A stretch of 64,000 bases of DNA from Escherichia coli (GCF_003018115.1 NZ_CP027457.1); one strand, 5' to 3'; counted from the first letter of the stretch, positions 21,233-32,924 are shown. Program-made: numbers and translations. Notes: generated by a model not told the origin, from the sequence alone.

Positions 21233-22294
21233 ATGCATTTACGTCATCTGTTTTCATCGCGCCTGCGTGGTTCATTACTGTTAGGTTCATTGCTTGTTGC
21301 TTCATCATTCAGTACGCAGGCCGCAGAAGAAATGCTGCGTAAAGCGGTAGGTAAAGGTGCCTACGAAATGGCTTATAGCCAGCAAGAAAACGCACTGTGG
21401 CTCGCCACTTCGCAAAGCCGCAAACTGGATAAAGGTGGCGTGGTTTATCGTCTTGATCCGGTCACTCTGGAAGTGACGCAGGCGATCCATAACGATCTCA
21501 AGCCGTTTGGTGCCACCATCAATAACACGACTCAGACGTTGTGGTTTGGTAACACCGTAAACAGCGCGGTCACGGCGATAGATGCCAAAACGGGCGAAGT
21601 GAAAGGCCGTCTGGTGCTGGATGATCGTAAGCGCACGGAAGAGGTGCGCCCGCTGCAACCGCGTGAGCTGGTAGCTGATGATGCCACGAACACCGTTTAC
21701 ATCAGTGGTATTGGTAAAGAGAGCGTGATTTGGGTCGTTGATGGCGAGAATATCAAACTGAAAACCGCCATCCAGAACACCGGTAAAATGAGTACCGGTC
21801 TGGCGCTGGATAGCAAAGGCAAACGTCTTTACACCACTAACGCTGACGGCGAATTGATTACCATCGACACCGCCGACAATAAAATCCTCAGCCGTAAAAA
21901 GCTGCTGGATGACGGCAAAGAGCACTTCTTTATCAACATTAGCCTTGATACCGCCAGGCAGCGTGCATTTATCACCGATTCTAAAGCCGCAGAAGTGTTA
22001 GTGGTCGATACCCGTAATGGCAATATTCTGGCGAAGGTTGCGGCACCGGAATCACTGGCTGTGCTGTTTAACCCAGCGCGTAATGAAGCCTACGTAACGC
22101 ATCGTCAGGCAGGTAAAGTCAGTGTGATTGACGCGAAAAGCTATAAAGTGGTGAAAACGTTCGATACGCCGACTCATCCGAACAGCCTGGCGCTGTCTGC
22201 CGATGGCAAAACGCTGTATGTCAGTGTAAAACAAAAATCCACTAAACAGCAGGAAGCTACCCAGCCGGACGATGTGATTCGTATTGCGCTGTAA
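21233..22294 (+). CDS. yncE: Periplasmic beta-propeller protein YncE
   Basis: 353-aa ORF with signal peptide. Confidence 0.85.
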   Translation: MHLRHLFSSRLRGSLLLGSLLVASSFSTQAAEEMLRKAVGKGAYEMAYSQQENALWLATSQSRKLDKGGVVYRLDPVTLEVTQAIHNDLKPFGATINNTTQTLWFGNTVNSAVTAIDAKTGEVKGRLVLDDRKRTEEVRPLQPRELVADDATNTVYISGIGKESVIWVVDGENIKLKTAIQNTGKMSTGLALDSKGKRLYTTNADGELITIDTADNKILSRKKLLDDGKEHFFINISLDTARQRAFITDSKAAEVLVVDTRNGNILAKVAAPESLAVLFNPARNEAYVTHRQAGKVSVIDAKSYKVVKTFDTPTHPNSLALSADGKTLYVSVKQKSTKQQEATQPDDVIRIAL

Positions 22295-22377
22295 TAGATT
22301 TGGCGAGGGTGAAAACGGAGAGACTTGCCTGACTTTTTTCACGCCGTATCCGGCACTTTCGTCAGTAATCTGAATTT

Positions 22378-22402
22378 GCCCGGCACGTAGCCGGGCAATT
22401 TT
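22378..22402. terminator. Bidirectional rho-independent terminator between yncE and ansP
   Basis: gcccggc acgta gccgggc followed by AATTTT and preceded by its complement. Confidence 0.6.
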
Positions 22403-22406
22403 GCAA

Positions 22407-23906
22407 TTAACTCGCCGTTTCAGGCTTAAACACAATTTCCTGTTTTTCTTCATCTTCCTCGACGACTGGCGCAGTGCTGTGAATTTCGGCAACGCGTTTG
22501 CGCACACCAAACCAACCCACAACCAGCAGAAGGCCAATAATCGGCAGCGAAGCAATGGTATAAGTCCCGTTCGGGTAATCGAACGCCATCAGCACCAGTA
22601 CGCTCAGCAAAAACAATAACGTCAGCCAGGAAGTGAAGGGGGCACCGGGGAGTTTAAAACTGACATCTGCCGCTTTACCTTCTTTAATAGCCTTACGCAG
22701 ACGCATCTGGCAAACGATGATAAACGCCCATGAAGCGATGATTCCCAGCGACGCGAAGTTCAACACAATCTCAAATACGCGTGACGGCACCAGATAGTTG
22801 AGGAATACGCCGACGACATACACAACCAGTGTCGCCAGAATCCCGGCATACGGCACATGCTGACGGCTCATTTTCGCCATAAAACTCGGTGCGGAACCGC
22901 CCATCGCCATTGAGCGCAGAATACGCCCGGTGCAGTACAGGCCTGAGTTCAGGCTGGAGAGTGCAGCGGTCAGCACCACAATATTCATAATGCTGCCGAT
23001 ATACGGCACGCCAAGTTTAGAGAAGAAAGTCACAAAAGGACTCTGCCCGGCCTGGTATGCATTCCACGGCAGCAATAGCACCAGCAGAACCACCGAACCC
23101 ACATAGAACAGACCGATACGCCAAATAACACTGTTGATCGCTTTCGGCACCATCGTCTGTGGATCTTTACATTCACCAGCCGCAGTACCTACCAGTTCAA
23201 TCGATGCAAAGGCAAAAACCACCCCCTGGATAAGCACCAGTGCAGGCAGCAGCCCGTGCGGGAAGAAACCGCCATTATCGGTAATTAAATGGAACCCTGT
23301 GGTATTACCATCCAGCGGCTGACCACTACCGAGGAACACCGTACCCACCACCAGGAAGATCACAATAGCGAGCACTTTAATGAGTGCAAACCAGAACTCC
23401 ATCTCTGCGAACCATTTCACACCGATCATGTTCATGGTGCCTACGATGGTCAGCGCAGCGAGCGCAAAGACCCACTGCGGCACGTCGCCAAACGCCCCCC
23501 AGTAATGCATATACAGCGCTACAGCGGTGATATCGACAATCCCCGTCATCGCCCAGTTGATGAAATACATCCAGCCAGCAACATAAGCGGCTTTCTCACC
23601 CAAAAACTCACGGGCATAAGAGACAAAACTGCCACTGGAAGGGCGGTGTAACACCAGCTCACCCAATGCACGTAGAATAAAAAATGAAAACAGGCCGCAG
23701 ATCAAATAGACCAGTGCCAGTGCGGGCCCCGCCATTTGCAGTCGGGCTCCTGCACCTAAAAACAAGCCGGTGCCAATCGCGCCGCCAATGGCGATCATCT
23801 GTACCTGGCGATTGCCCATCGCTTTGTGATACCCCTCTTCGTGGGCATTAAGCCAGCGGCGTTTCGCGGCGTGTTGATCTGAAGTGTCGGTGTCGTGTTT
23901 ACTCAT
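22407..23906 (-). CDS. ansP: L-asparagine permease AnsP (APC family)
   Basis: Start at ATG 23906 (MSKHDTDTSD..., 499 aa) with GGGAGAG Shine-Dalgarno; 12-TM amino-acid permease pattern. Confidence 0.85.
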   Translation of the reverse strand: MSKHDTDTSDQHAAKRRWLNAHEEGYHKAMGNRQVQMIAIGGAIGTGLFLGAGARLQMAGPALALVYLICGLFSFFILRALGELVLHRPSSGSFVSYAREFLGEKAAYVAGWMYFINWAMTGIVDITAVALYMHYWGAFGDVPQWVFALAALTIVGTMNMIGVKWFAEMEFWFALIKVLAIVIFLVVGTVFLGSGQPLDGNTTGFHLITDNGGFFPHGLLPALVLIQGVVFAFASIELVGTAAGECKDPQTMVPKAINSVIWRIGLFYVGSVVLLVLLLPWNAYQAGQSPFVTFFSKLGVPYIGSIMNIVVLTAALSSLNSGLYCTGRILRSMAMGGSAPSFMAKMSRQHVPYAGILATLVVYVVGVFLNYLVPSRVFEIVLNFASLGIIASWAFIIVCQMRLRKAIKEGKAADVSFKLPGAPFTSWLTLLFLLSVLVLMAFDYPNGTYTIASLPIIGLLLVVGWFGVRKRVAEIHSTAPVVEEDEEKQEIVFKPETAS

Positions 23907-24172
23907 TGCTCTCCCTGATTGCTTTAATGAAAAAGTCATATAAGTTGCCATGAACAATGTTTATTCATCCTGGCGATGATAGTTATCACCATTATTCTTT
24001 ATGGGTATAAAACTATCGGCGCAGCATCCTACCCGTTATCGATAAACGATGCAAAACATCCCCTTACAATCCTGAAGGGGAATAATACAACTGACGAAAA
24101 AATGACAAATCCTTTTGCTGGTTAACCTGTGTACTGTCCTACACTTAATCTTTAAAAGATTGTGAGGGGCAT

Positions 24173-24790
24173 ATGATTAAGGTGTATGGCGTACCCGGAT
24201 GGGGCTCTACAATCAGTGAGCTGATGCTAACACTGGCTGATATTCCTTATCAGTTCTTTGATGTCAGTGGTTTTGACCACGAGGGAACTTCACGCGAGTT
24301 ATTGAAAACCCTGAACCCGTTGTGTCAGATTCCGACACTGGCGCTGGAAAATGACGAGATTATGACGGAGACAGCGGCGATTGCATTGATGGTTCTCGAT
24401 CGTCGCCCGGACCTTGCGCCACCGGTTGGGCGCGCCGAACGTCAGCTGTTTCAACGGCTATTGGTCTGGCTGGTTGCTAATGTCTATCCAACATTCACTT
24501 TCGCCGATTACCCTGAGCGTTGGGCTCCTGACGCACCTGAACAGTTAAAGAAGAATGTTATTGAATATCGAAAATCGCTTTATATCTGGTTGAATTCGCA
24601 GCTCACTGCTGAACCTTATGCGTTTGGTGAGCAACTAACGCTGGTGGACTGTTATCTTTGCACTATGCGCACATGGGGGCCTGGGCATGAATGGTTTCAG
24701 GATAATGCCACGAATATCAGTGCGATTGCTGATGCTGTATGTCAGTTACCGAAATTACAAGAAGTATTAAAAAGGAATGAAATTATTTGA
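24173..24790 (+). CDS. yncG: Glutathione S-transferase-like protein YncG
   Basis: 205-aa ORF with GST-type N-terminal thioredoxin-like fold signature. Confidence 0.8.
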   Translation: MIKVYGVPGWGSTISELMLTLADIPYQFFDVSGFDHEGTSRELLKTLNPLCQIPTLALENDEIMTETAAIALMVLDRRPDLAPPVGRAERQLFQRLLVWLVANVYPTFTFADYPERWAPDAPEQLKKNVIEYRKSLYIWLNSQLTAEPYAFGEQLTLVDCYLCTMRTWGPGHEWFQDNATNISAIADAVCQLPKLQEVLKRNEII

Positions 24791-24865
24791 GTGGGATACC
24801 AGAAGATTATGTTATTTATTATTCAGTAACTTTATCCACAATGATGGGCGTAATTAATTAAATTC

Positions 24866-25078
24866 ATGGTATGTTTTTTAATTTATATCACTCTCCTTTT
24901 CATTCAGCGTGTCTATTTCATTTCCTCTGAAAAGAAACTAACTATTCACATTGTGCAGATGGTTCAGTTGTTATCACAGGCATTCTATAATCTCAAAATG
25001 TTTTTAATGATGGATATGCTCGGAGTTGGAGATGCAATTAATATTAATACAAATAAAAATATCCGGCAGGTATGCTAA
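24866..25078 (+). CDS. yncH: Small uncharacterized protein, possibly YncH
   Basis: 70-aa ORF in the AT-rich region upstream of the vgrG/rhs island; assignment by position and length only. Confidence 0.4.
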   Translation: MVCFLIYITLLFIQRVYFISSEKKLTIHIVQMVQLLSQAFYNLKMFLMMDMLGVGDAININTNKNIRQVC

Positions 25079-25897
25079 AAGGATAAATGGCGTTCTCTGT
25101 ATTTATTCGCAATTATCTGTAGGACAAATATGGAGAGCTTGATGAGTCAGAGCTAAAACAGCAATTGATTAATAAACATGTTGATTTATTCAAGAAAATG
25201 GATGTATTTTAAATGTTGATTCTTAATATAACCTAATCAATAGATTATCAAGTGAGAGCTACACATTATTGGAGGGGCAGGGGAAAACACCATTTTGGGA
25301 ACAATGCATCAGGTACTCTTACCACTGAAGCAAGATCATCCGGCACCAGGTGGTGGTGCAGTGCTTTGGAAATGGTCCCCTCGGGGGAGTTGTCATTATT
25401 TTCTATGCTATTTGCTTATTATATTCATCAGGTGAATTTAATAAATTCCTAATTTGAAATATCCACTATTAAGCTAGTGTTTAACGACGTTAAGATGGCA
25501 ATGTGCAGATCATGTTATCAGGGTGGGGCGGTAGCGTATATTCCTTATACAAACCATCATTCATTTCAATGATTGTTATTGAATTATTTATTGTTGTGAA
25601 TAAAAAGACATTATGAATATTGGTTTGACTTTGCATATCAGGTTTTTTATTACTCGCTGTAATGTACGAGCCTGTCGTGAATAACGTCGAGAACCCATCC
25701 GTTGCGTTTGTGATTATTTTGTTGACTAAACAGACACCCGTTTCTCTGAAGTAAAATCCCAGACTAAATCATCACATAACCATGACATTTTTCTGATATT
25801 CCCCGGTAACGCCAGATGTCGACTCGCTTATCTCATCCGCCCGACATGTTGTACATGCAATATGTGCGGATTATTATTCATTTTCACGGAGGTTGCT

Positions 25898-28006
25898 ATG
25901 TCAACCGGATTACGTTTCACACTGGAAGTGGACGGCCTGCCACCGGACGCTTTTGCGGTGGTTTCCTTTCATCTCACCCAGTCACTCTCTTCACTCTTTT
26001 CCCTCGATCTCTCCCTGGTCAGCCAGCAGTTTCTCTCCCTTGAATTTGCGCAGGTGCTGGACAAAATGGCCTACCTGACAATATGGCAGGGTGATGATGT
26101 ACAGCGCCGGGTGAAAGGTGTGGTGACCTGGTTTGAACTGGGGGAGAACGACAAAAACCAGATGCTGTACAGCATGAAGGTGCACCCGCCGCTGTGGCGT
26201 GCCGGTCTGCGCCAGAACTTCCGTATCTTCCAGAACGAGGACATCAAAAGCATCCTCGGCACGATATTGCAGGAAAACGGGGTGACCGAGTGGAGTCCGC
26301 TGTTCAGTGAACCGCATCCTTCCCGTGAGTTTTGTGTCCAGTACGGTGAGACTGATTACGATTTCCTGTGCCGGATGGCGGCGGAGGAAGGCATCTTCTT
26401 TTATGAGGAGCATGCTTACAAAAGTACCGACCAGAGCCTGGTGCTGTGCGACACGGTCCGCCATCTGCCCGAATCTTTTGAAATCCCCTGGAACCCGAAC
26501 CCCCGTACCGAGGTGAGCACCCTCTGCATCAGCCAGTTTCGCTACAGCGCACAAATCCGCCCTTCTTCCGTGGTGACCAAAGACTACACCTTTAAACGCC
26601 CCGGCTGGGCAGGACGTTTTGATCAGGAAGGCCAGCACCAGGATTACCAGCGCACGCAGTATGAGGTGTATGACTACCCCGGACGTTTCAAGGGCGCCCA
26701 CGGGCAGAACTTTGCCCGCTGGCAGATGGAGGGCTGGCGAAACAATGCAGAAACCGCGCGGGGAATGAGTCGCTCGCCGGAGATATGGCCGGGACGGCGA
26801 ATTGTGCTGACGGGGCATCCGCAGGCGAACCTGAACCGGGAATGGCAGGTGGTGGCGAGCGATCTTCACGGCGAACAGCCGCAGGCGGTACCGGGACGCA
26901 GGGGTTCAGGCACCACGCTGGATAACCATTTTGCGGTAATACCGGCAGACCGGACATGGCGACCACAGCCGTTGCTGAAACCGCTGGTGGATGGCCCGCA
27001 GAGCGCCGTCGTGACGGGACCGGCAGGCGAGGAAATCTTCTGCGACGAACATGGTCGCGTGCGGGTGAAATTTAACTGGGACCGCTATAACCCGTCAAAC
27101 CAGGACAGTTCATGCTGGATCCGTGTGGCACAGGCGTGGGCAGGCACCGGCTTTGGCAACCTGGCGATACCGCGTGTGGGTCAGGAGGTGATTGTGGACT
27201 TCCTCAACGGCGATCCGGACCAGCCGATTATTATGGGGCGTACCTACCACCAGGAAAACCGCACACCCGGCAGCCTGCCGGGGACGAAGACGCAGATGAC
27301 CATTCGTTCGAAAACCTATAAGGGCAGCGGGTTTAATGAACTGAAGTTTGACGATGCGACAGGGAAAGAACAGGTCTACATCCACGCGCAGAAGAACATG
27401 AACACCGAGGTGCTGAATAACCGCACCACGGATGTGATAAACAACCATGCTGAGACCATTGGCAACAATCAGATGATTGCGGTTACCAACAATCAGATAC
27501 AGACGGTGGGCGTTAACCAGATAGAGACGGTGGGCAGTAACCAGATCATTAACGTGGGTTCTGTTCAGGTGGAAACGATTGGACTTGTTCGTGCGCTGAC
27601 CGTGGGCGTGGCGTACCAGACGACGGTAGGTGGCATTATGAACACTTCGGTGGCTCTGATGCAGTCCTCGCAGATCGGTTTGCATAAATCGTTGAGGGTC
27701 GGGCTGGGTTATGACGTCAAAGTCGGAAATAACGTTACCTTCACCGTTGGTAAAACGAAAAAGGATGATACCGGGCAGACCGCGATTTACTCCGCCGGTG
27801 AGCATCTGGAGCTCTGCTGTGGTAAGGCAAAGCTGGTGCTGACAAAGGACGGTCAAATTTTTCTCAACGGCACAAAAATTCATTTGCAGGGTAAGGAGCA
27901 GGTTAATGGTGACTCACTGTTGATTAACTGGAACTGTGCAGCCTCGAAATCCCCACCGAAGACCCCTGATGAAAAGCAGGATACGCCGGATATGAGAGAG
28001 TACTGA
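25898..28006 (+). CDS. vgrG: Type VI secretion spike protein VgrG (Rhs-element vgr gene)
   Basis: Start at ATG 25898 (MSTGLRFTLEVDG...) after GGAGG; gp27/gp5-like regions and C-terminal Val-Gly repeats (IQTVGVNQIETVGSNQIINVGSVQVETIG). Confidence 0.85.
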   Translation: MSTGLRFTLEVDGLPPDAFAVVSFHLTQSLSSLFSLDLSLVSQQFLSLEFAQVLDKMAYLTIWQGDDVQRRVKGVVTWFELGENDKNQMLYSMKVHPPLWRAGLRQNFRIFQNEDIKSILGTILQENGVTEWSPLFSEPHPSREFCVQYGETDYDFLCRMAAEEGIFFYEEHAYKSTDQSLVLCDTVRHLPESFEIPWNPNPRTEVSTLCISQFRYSAQIRPSSVVTKDYTFKRPGWAGRFDQEGQHQDYQRTQYEVYDYPGRFKGAHGQNFARWQMEGWRNNAETARGMSRSPEIWPGRRIVLTGHPQANLNREWQVVASDLHGEQPQAVPGRRGSGTTLDNHFAVIPADRTWRPQPLLKPLVDGPQSAVVTGPAGEEIFCDEHGRVRVKFNWDRYNPSNQDSSCWIRVAQAWAGTGFGNLAIPRVGQEVIVDFLNGDPDQPIIMGRTYHQENRTPGSLPGTKTQMTIRSKTYKGSGFNELKFDDATGKEQVYIHAQKNMNTEVLNNRTTDVINNHAETIGNNQMIAVTNNQIQTVGVNQIETVGSNQIINVGSVQVETIGLVRALTVGVAYQTTVGGIMNTSVALMQSSQIGLHKSLRVGLGYDVKVGNNVTFTVGKTKKDDTGQTAIYSAGEHLELCCGKAKLVLTKDGQIFLNGTKIHLQGKEQVNGDSLLINWNCAASKSPPKTPDEKQDTPDMREY

Positions 28007-28073
28007 TCCCGTACCTGTTCGATATTCATTAACAAACCAGCATTAAAAATAAACAGAAGAAGGAATTTGAATC

Positions 28074-31000
28074 ATGAGCGGAAAACCAGCGGCGCGTCAG
28101 GGAGATATGACTCAGTATGGCGGTCCCATTGTCCAGGGTTCGGCAGGTGTAAGAATTGGCGCGCCAACTGGCGTGGCGTGCTCGGTGTGTCCGGGCGGGA
28201 TGACCTCGGGCAACCCGGTGAACCCGCTGCTCGGTGCAAAAGTACAGCCCGGCGAGACGGACCTTGCGCTGCCCGGCCCGCTGCCGTTCATTCTCTCCCG
28301 CACCTACAGCAGCTACCGGACCCGGACGCCTGCACCGGTGGGCGTTTTCGGCCCCGGCTGGAAAGCGCCTTCTGATATCCGCTTACAGCTACGTGATGAC
28401 GGACTGATACTCAACGACAACGGCGGGCGGAGCATTCACTTTGAGCCGCTGCTGCCAGGGGAGGCGGTGTACAGCCGCAGCGAGTCCCTGTGGCTGGTGC
28501 GCGGTGGTAAGGCAGCACAGCCGGACGGCCATACGCTGGCACGGCTGTGGGCGTCGCTGCCGCCGGATATCCGGTTAAGCCCGCATCTTTACCTGGCGAC
28601 CAACAGCGCACAGGGGCCGTGGTGGATACTGGGGTGGTCTGAGCGGGTGCCGGGTGCTGAGGACGTACTGCCAGCGCCGCTGCCGCCGTACCGGGTGCTT
28701 ACCGGGATGGCGGACCGCTTCGGGCGGACGCTGACGTACCGGCGTGACGGACGGTGCCGGGCGTGAGTTCCGTCTGGTGCTGACCACACAGGCGCAGCGG
28801 GCGGAAGAGGCCCGGCAGCAGGCGGTCGTCGCCGGAGCAAAACGACCGGACATTCCTGATTCACTGCCGGAGAGCACAGAGTACGGCCCCGACAGGGGTA
28901 TCCGTCTTTCAGCGGTGTGGCTGATGCACGACCCGGCATACCCGGAGAATCTGCCCGGTGCGCCACTGGCGCGGTACACGTATACGGAAGCCGGTGAACT
29001 GCTGGCGGTATATGACCGCAGCAATACGCAGGTGCGTGCTTTCACGTATGACCCGCAGCACCCGGGCCGGATGGTGGCGCACCGTTACGCGGGAAGGCCG
29101 GAGATGCGCTACCGCTACGACGATACGGGGCGGGTGGTGGAGCAACTGAACCCGGCAGGGTTAAGCTACCGCTATCTTTATGAGCAGGACCGCATCACCG
29201 TCACCGACAGCCTGAACCGGCGTGAGGTGCTGCATACAGAAGGCGGGGCCGGGCTGAAGCGGGTGGTGAAAAAAGAACTGGCGGACGGCAGCGTCACGCG
29301 CAGCGGGTATGACCCGGTGGGGCGGCTTACGGCGCAGACGGACGCGGCGGGACGGCGGACAGAGTACGGTCTGAATGTGGTGTCAGTCGACATCACGGAT
29401 ATCACCACGCCGGACGGGCGGGAGACGAAATTTTACTATAACGACGGGAACCAGTTAACGGCAGTGGTGTACCCGGACGGGCTGGAGAGCAGCCGGGCAT
29501 ATGATGAGCTGGACAGGCTGGTAACGGAGACATCGCGCAGCGGGGAGACAGTACGCTACCGCTATGATGATGCGCACAGTGAATTACCGGCCACAACAAC
29601 AGATGCGACGGGCAGCACCCGGCAGATGACGTGGAGCCGCTACGGTCAGTTGCTGGCGTTCACCGACTGCTCGGGCTACCAGACCCGCTATGAATACGAC
29701 CGCTTCGGCCAGATGACGGCGGTCCACCGCGAGGAAGGCATCAGCCTTTACCGCCGCTATGACAACCGTGGCCGGTTAATCTCGGTGAAAGACGCACAGG
29801 GCCATGAAACGCGGTATGAATACAACGCCGCAGGCGACCTGACTGCCCTCATTACCCCGGACGGCAACCGGAGCGAGACACAGTACGATGCGTGGGGAAA
29901 GGCGGTCAGCACCACGCAGGGCGGGCTGACGCGCAGTATGGAATACGACCTTGCCGGACGCATCACCACGCTGACCAACGAGAACGGCAGCCGGAGTGAG
30001 TTTACCTACGATGCGCTTGACCGGCTGGTACAGCAGCGCGGCTTTGACGGGCGGACGCAACGTTACCACTATGACCTGACCGGAAAACTCACGCAGAGTG
30101 AAGATGAGGGGCTTGTCACCCTCTGGCACTACGACGAATCGGACCGCCTCACTCACCGCACGGTGAACGGCGAACCGGCAGAGCAGTGGCAGTATGATGG
30201 CCACGGCTGGCTGACAGAAATCAGCCACCTGAGCGAAGGCCATCAGGTGGCGGTGCATTACGGTTATGATGATAAGGGCCGCCTGGCCGGGGAGCGCCAG
30301 ACGGTGCATAACCCGGAGACGGGGGAACTGCTGTGGCAGCATGAGACAGAGCACGCATACAACGAACAGGGGCTGGCAAACCGCGTCACGCCGGACGGCC
30401 TGCCGCGGGTGGAGTGGCTGACCTACGGCAGCGGTTATCTTGCGGGGATGAAGCTGGGCGGGACACCTCTGGTCGAGTATACGCGGGACCGCCTGCACCG
30501 GGAAACTGCGCGCAGCTTTGGTAACGGAACGGGCAGTACAGCCGCATATGAACTGACCAGCACTTACACCCCCGCAGGCCGGTTACAGAGCCAGCACCTG
30601 AACAGCCTGATGTATGACCGTGACTACGTGTGGAATGACAACGGCGACCTGGTGCGCATCAGCGGCCCGCGACAGACGCGGGAATACGGCTACAGCGCCA
30701 CGGGCAGGCTGGAGAGCGTGCGCACCCTCGCACCGGACCTGGACATCCGCATCCCGTATGCCACCGACCCGGCGGGAAACCGGCTGCCGGACCCGGAGCT
30801 ACACCCGGACAGCACGCTCACGGCGTGGCCGGATAACCGCATCGCGGAGGATGCGCACTATGTTTACCACTATGATGAATACGGCAGGCTGACGGAGAAG
30901 ACGGACCGCATCCCGGCGGGTGTGATACGGACGGACGACGAGCGGACCCACCACTACCACTACGACAGCCAGCACCGTCTGGTGTTCTACACGCGGATAC

Positions 31001-32250
31001 AGCATGGCGAGCCGCAGGTGGAGAGCCGCTACCTCTGTGACCCGCTGGGACGGCGAATGGCGAAACGGGTATGGCGGCGGGAGCGTGACCTGACAGGATG
31101 GATGTCGCTGTCGCGTAAACCGGAGGTGACGTGGTATGGCTGGGACGGAGACAGGCTGACGACGGTACAGACAGACCAGACCCGTATCCAGACGGTCTAC
31201 CAGCCGGGGAGCTTCACGCCGCTCATCCGTATCGAGACAGAGAACGGCGAACGGGAGAAAATGCAGCGCCGCAGCCTAGCGGAGAAGTTACAGTCGGAAG
31301 GGAGTGAGGACGGTCACGGTGTGGTGTTCCCGGCTGAGCTGGTGAGGATGCTGGACAGGCTGGAGGAAGAAATCCGGGCAGGCCGCGTGAGCAGTGAAAG
31401 CCGGGCGTGGCTTGCGCAGTGCGGGCTGACGGTGGAGCAACTGGCCAGACAGGTGGAGCCGGAATACACACCGGCGCGAAAAGTTCATCTTTATCACTGC
31501 GACCACCGGGGCCTGCCGCTGGCGCTCATCAGCGAAGACGGCAATACGGCGTGGCGCGGGGAGTATGATGAATGGGGCAACCAGCTTAATGAGGAGAACC
31601 CGCATCATGTGTATCAGCCATACCGCCTGCCGGGGCAGCAGTATGATGAGGAGTCGGGGCTGTACTATAACCGCAACCGGTACTATGATCCGTTGCAGGG
31701 GAGGTATATTACCCAGGATCCGATTGGGCCAGTGGGGGGGTGGAATCCCTATAGTTATGTGCTTAATAATCCAGCCCAGTTTATTGACCCAACAGGTTTA
31801 ACTCAAGAGGACAATTGGACCTATGGTGAGGTAGGTAATAGCTGTGTTACGAGTCAACGCGATTTTACTCCCCCGCCCGGACTTGCGGATATGAAAGCCA
31901 GCATTGGCGCTGCCTGCTCAAGAAACAATGCTTCCAGAAACTGCCACCCCGTAGATGGTAGTAATGCTTCTGCACCATCGGATAAAGCCGCATGGGAAAA
32001 TATTCAAAATGCGACAAATGGTAAAGATTTATCTGGTGGTGGAAATATGTTTTGTGTAGGAAATGAGGACTGTGCGGTTGTTCATAGCTGTCGTGAAATA
32101 GTTAATGCTCGACACCCGGCAGGACGAGTGCGTGAACGTGTAACTCCGTTAACAACGTCAGGAACAGCAACGCTCAATGGAACAACAGTTTACTTTTATA
32201 ATGATCCCCGGAATGGTAATTGTCCTGCTCACGAATATATTCCTCAATAA
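28074..32250 (+). pseudogene. rhsE: PAAR-Rhs polymorphic toxin, copy 1, split by a frameshift near 28740-28766 (ORFs 28074..28766 and 28744..32250)
   Basis: N-terminal PAAR-like region, YD-repeat core, DPxGL boundary. Relative to copy 2 about 38 nt (encoding ...[12 protein letters not shown]...) is missing, shifting the frame. Symbol by K-12 position only. Confidence 0.7.
31801..32250 (+). other. Rhs copy 1 C-terminal variable toxin domain (CT1), function unknown
   Basis: About 149 aa following DPTGL at 31786..31800; drop in GC content; Cys-rich; no motif recognised. Confidence 0.6.
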
Positions 32251-32300
32251 AGAAAGGTGGCCAGACTAAGCTCTAGCCACATTTTTTGGAGATCCTTTTC

Positions 32301-32924
32301 ATGAAAAGGTTTTTTATAACATGTTGCGTTATGACATTATTTTTATTTGTTAAATGTAAAGCAGCGTGTGTAACTTCCTTATATGAGGTTCAGCAATCGC
32401 TCTTTACATACATTTATTTGATTAGACAAGACCCTGTTCATTTTGATTCATATATTAAGAATGTGCATAACGAATTAAAAATATTCCATGATATTGATAA
32501 AGCCATGAATATAGCCTCAGATATGGTCAAAATTATTGATATAAAGACCCGTTTATCATTTAATAATGATTTATATATATTACAAGGGGAGCGACAGTAT
32601 GCAATAGTTAAGAGTGAAGGGGAAAGTAGTCAATTAAAATCATCAGCATTTATCATATCTAATTACCCACCATTTAAAAACAAAGTTCTGTTAATTTTAT
32701 CCGCTACTAGTCCCGTTCAGTTGGTTATATTGTCTTTTGATCAATGTCTTAATGTGGAGGTGTTATTTGATTCAATGTCTCCAGTTTTCGCTAAGTATAG
32801 AGAAGATATTAGTGCAACATTACCATTATGGAAGGTTATTTTGACAAAAAATGATATAGAATTATATGAGTACCATAGAACAAATCCATACTCACTTAAC
32901 AAATTATTGAGCATGTCAAAATAA
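32301..32924 (+). CDS. Putative immunity protein for Rhs CT1 (signal peptide/lipoprotein-like)
   Basis: AT-rich ORF directly downstream of rhs; start at ATG 32301 (MKRFFITCCVMTLFLF...) after GGAG; hydrophobic N-terminus with Cys. Confidence 0.6.
   Translation: MKRFFITCCVMTLFLFVKCKAACVTSLYEVQQSLFTYIYLIRQDPVHFDSYIKNVHNELKIFHDIDKAMNIASDMVKIIDIKTRLSFNNDLYILQGERQYAIVKSEGESSQLKSSAFIISNYPPFKNKVLLILSATSPVQLVILSFDQCLNVEVLFDSMSPVFAKYREDISATLPLWKVILTKNDIELYEYHRTNPYSLNKLLSMSK

Noticed and set aside
21305-21925. 206-aa minus-strand ORF inside yncE
   Set aside because: Antisense to yncE; no signal of a real protein.
25252-25452. 66-aa ORF in the AT-rich region upstream of vgrG
   Set aside because: No Shine-Dalgarno and low-complexity composition; likely chance ORF.
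28109-32000. Many minus-strand ORFs of 60-240 aa inside rhs copy 1 (e.g. 28575..29045, 29776..30498, 31288..31608)
   Set aside because: Antisense to a GC-rich conserved coding region where stop codons are rare; Arg/Pro/Ala-rich low-complexity translations.
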